The position numbers and the translations under genes are program-made. This document shows positions 63,221 to 64,000 of a stretch of 64,000 nucleotides of DNA, one piece after another. The notes beneath the pieces were generated by a model. That model did no database searches and had not been told where the DNA came from. It was given only the letters and a program-made list of their open reading frames with translations. Source of the DNA: Eledone cirrhosa (taxonomy: Eukaryota); contig OZ024741.1 in the NCBI GenBank assembly GCA_964016885.1, forward strand, positions 267,344,001-267,408,000, in the 5' to 3' direction. Every line of letters begins with the position of its first letter. The first letter of the stretch is position 1.

Positions 63221-63630
63221 CATCATCATCATCACCGTTTTACATCCCTTCTTCCACGCTAGCATGGGTTAGACGGGTTGTCCTGTTGTGGGCAGTGGCC
63301 GGTCGGCTGACCATGCCTTGCTCATACGGGAACTGATTCTGGCTTGATTTCTACAGCTGGATGCCCTTCCTAACACCAACCTCATTTACAGTGAGTGCTG
63401 GGTGCTTTTTCCGTGGTGCCTACACATCCACTTTACAGTGTGGGCTGGGTGCTTTTTTTTTTTTTTGCCGTGGCACCTCCACAACCACTTTACATCTCAT
63501 TTCTACAGCTGAGTAAACTGAAGCAATGGGAAATAAAGTGTTTTGTTCAAGGAAACAACACATCACCCGGTCCGAGAATTGAACTCAAAACCTTTCGATT
63601 GCAAGGCCAATGCTCTAACCACTAAGCCAT
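63221..63630 (-). mobile_element. tRNA-derived SINE with RTE tail, followed by (TA)n/(TATG)n to ~63897
   Basis: Homologous to 44451-44840. Confidence 0.85.
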
Positions 63631-63641
63631 GTATATGTATG

Positions 63642-63692
<51 letters not shown>

Positions 63693-64000
63693 ATATATAT
63701 GTATGTATATGTGTATATATATGTATGTATATATGTGTATATATATGTATTCACATGTGGTTATATATATATATGTGTGTGTATATATATATATATATAT
63801 GTGTTTATATATGTATATATATGTGTATATATATGTGTATATATATATATATATGTGTATAGATATATATATGTATATATATATATATATATATATGATA
63901 AATTGAAACAAAATGAAAACGAAATTTCATTTCTCACTCTTAGTATGGCACTTACTTAAATGTAAGTATGCATGTATACGTACATACATATATGTATACA

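Overview
AT-rich, microsatellite-dense animal DNA, probably an octopus or other coleoid mollusc (inferred from SINE and LINE types and repeat density). There are two host genes. One is a complete two-exon, minus-strand class A GPCR of the FMRFamide/peptide-receptor-like type (CDS 15930-15359 plus 9227-8453, 448 aa) with a clear CCAAT-TATA-Inr promoter. The other is three internal plus-strand exons of a FAM184-like coiled-coil gene (31037-31158, 61762-61912, 62631-62843); the GPCR probably sits antisense inside one of its introns. The rest is transposon-derived: Helitrons, two RTE LINEs (one with an open 1061-aa ORF but a D-to-N change at an RT catalytic site), three L1/Tx1-type LINEs, Tc1/mariner and MITE remnants, and many tRNA-derived SINEs. 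The main signal the ORF track misses is about a dozen type I hammerhead ribozyme motifs, from canonical to decayed. Several lie inside long, near-perfect palindromes (arms 55-993 bp) that share one layout: (TA)n, inverted arm, forward arm plus extension, (TA)n. This fits non-autonomous Penelope-like or retrozyme-type elements inserting into TA microsatellites. Most short ORFs in the track are microsatellite or antisense artefacts. All calls are by eye; no database search was run.
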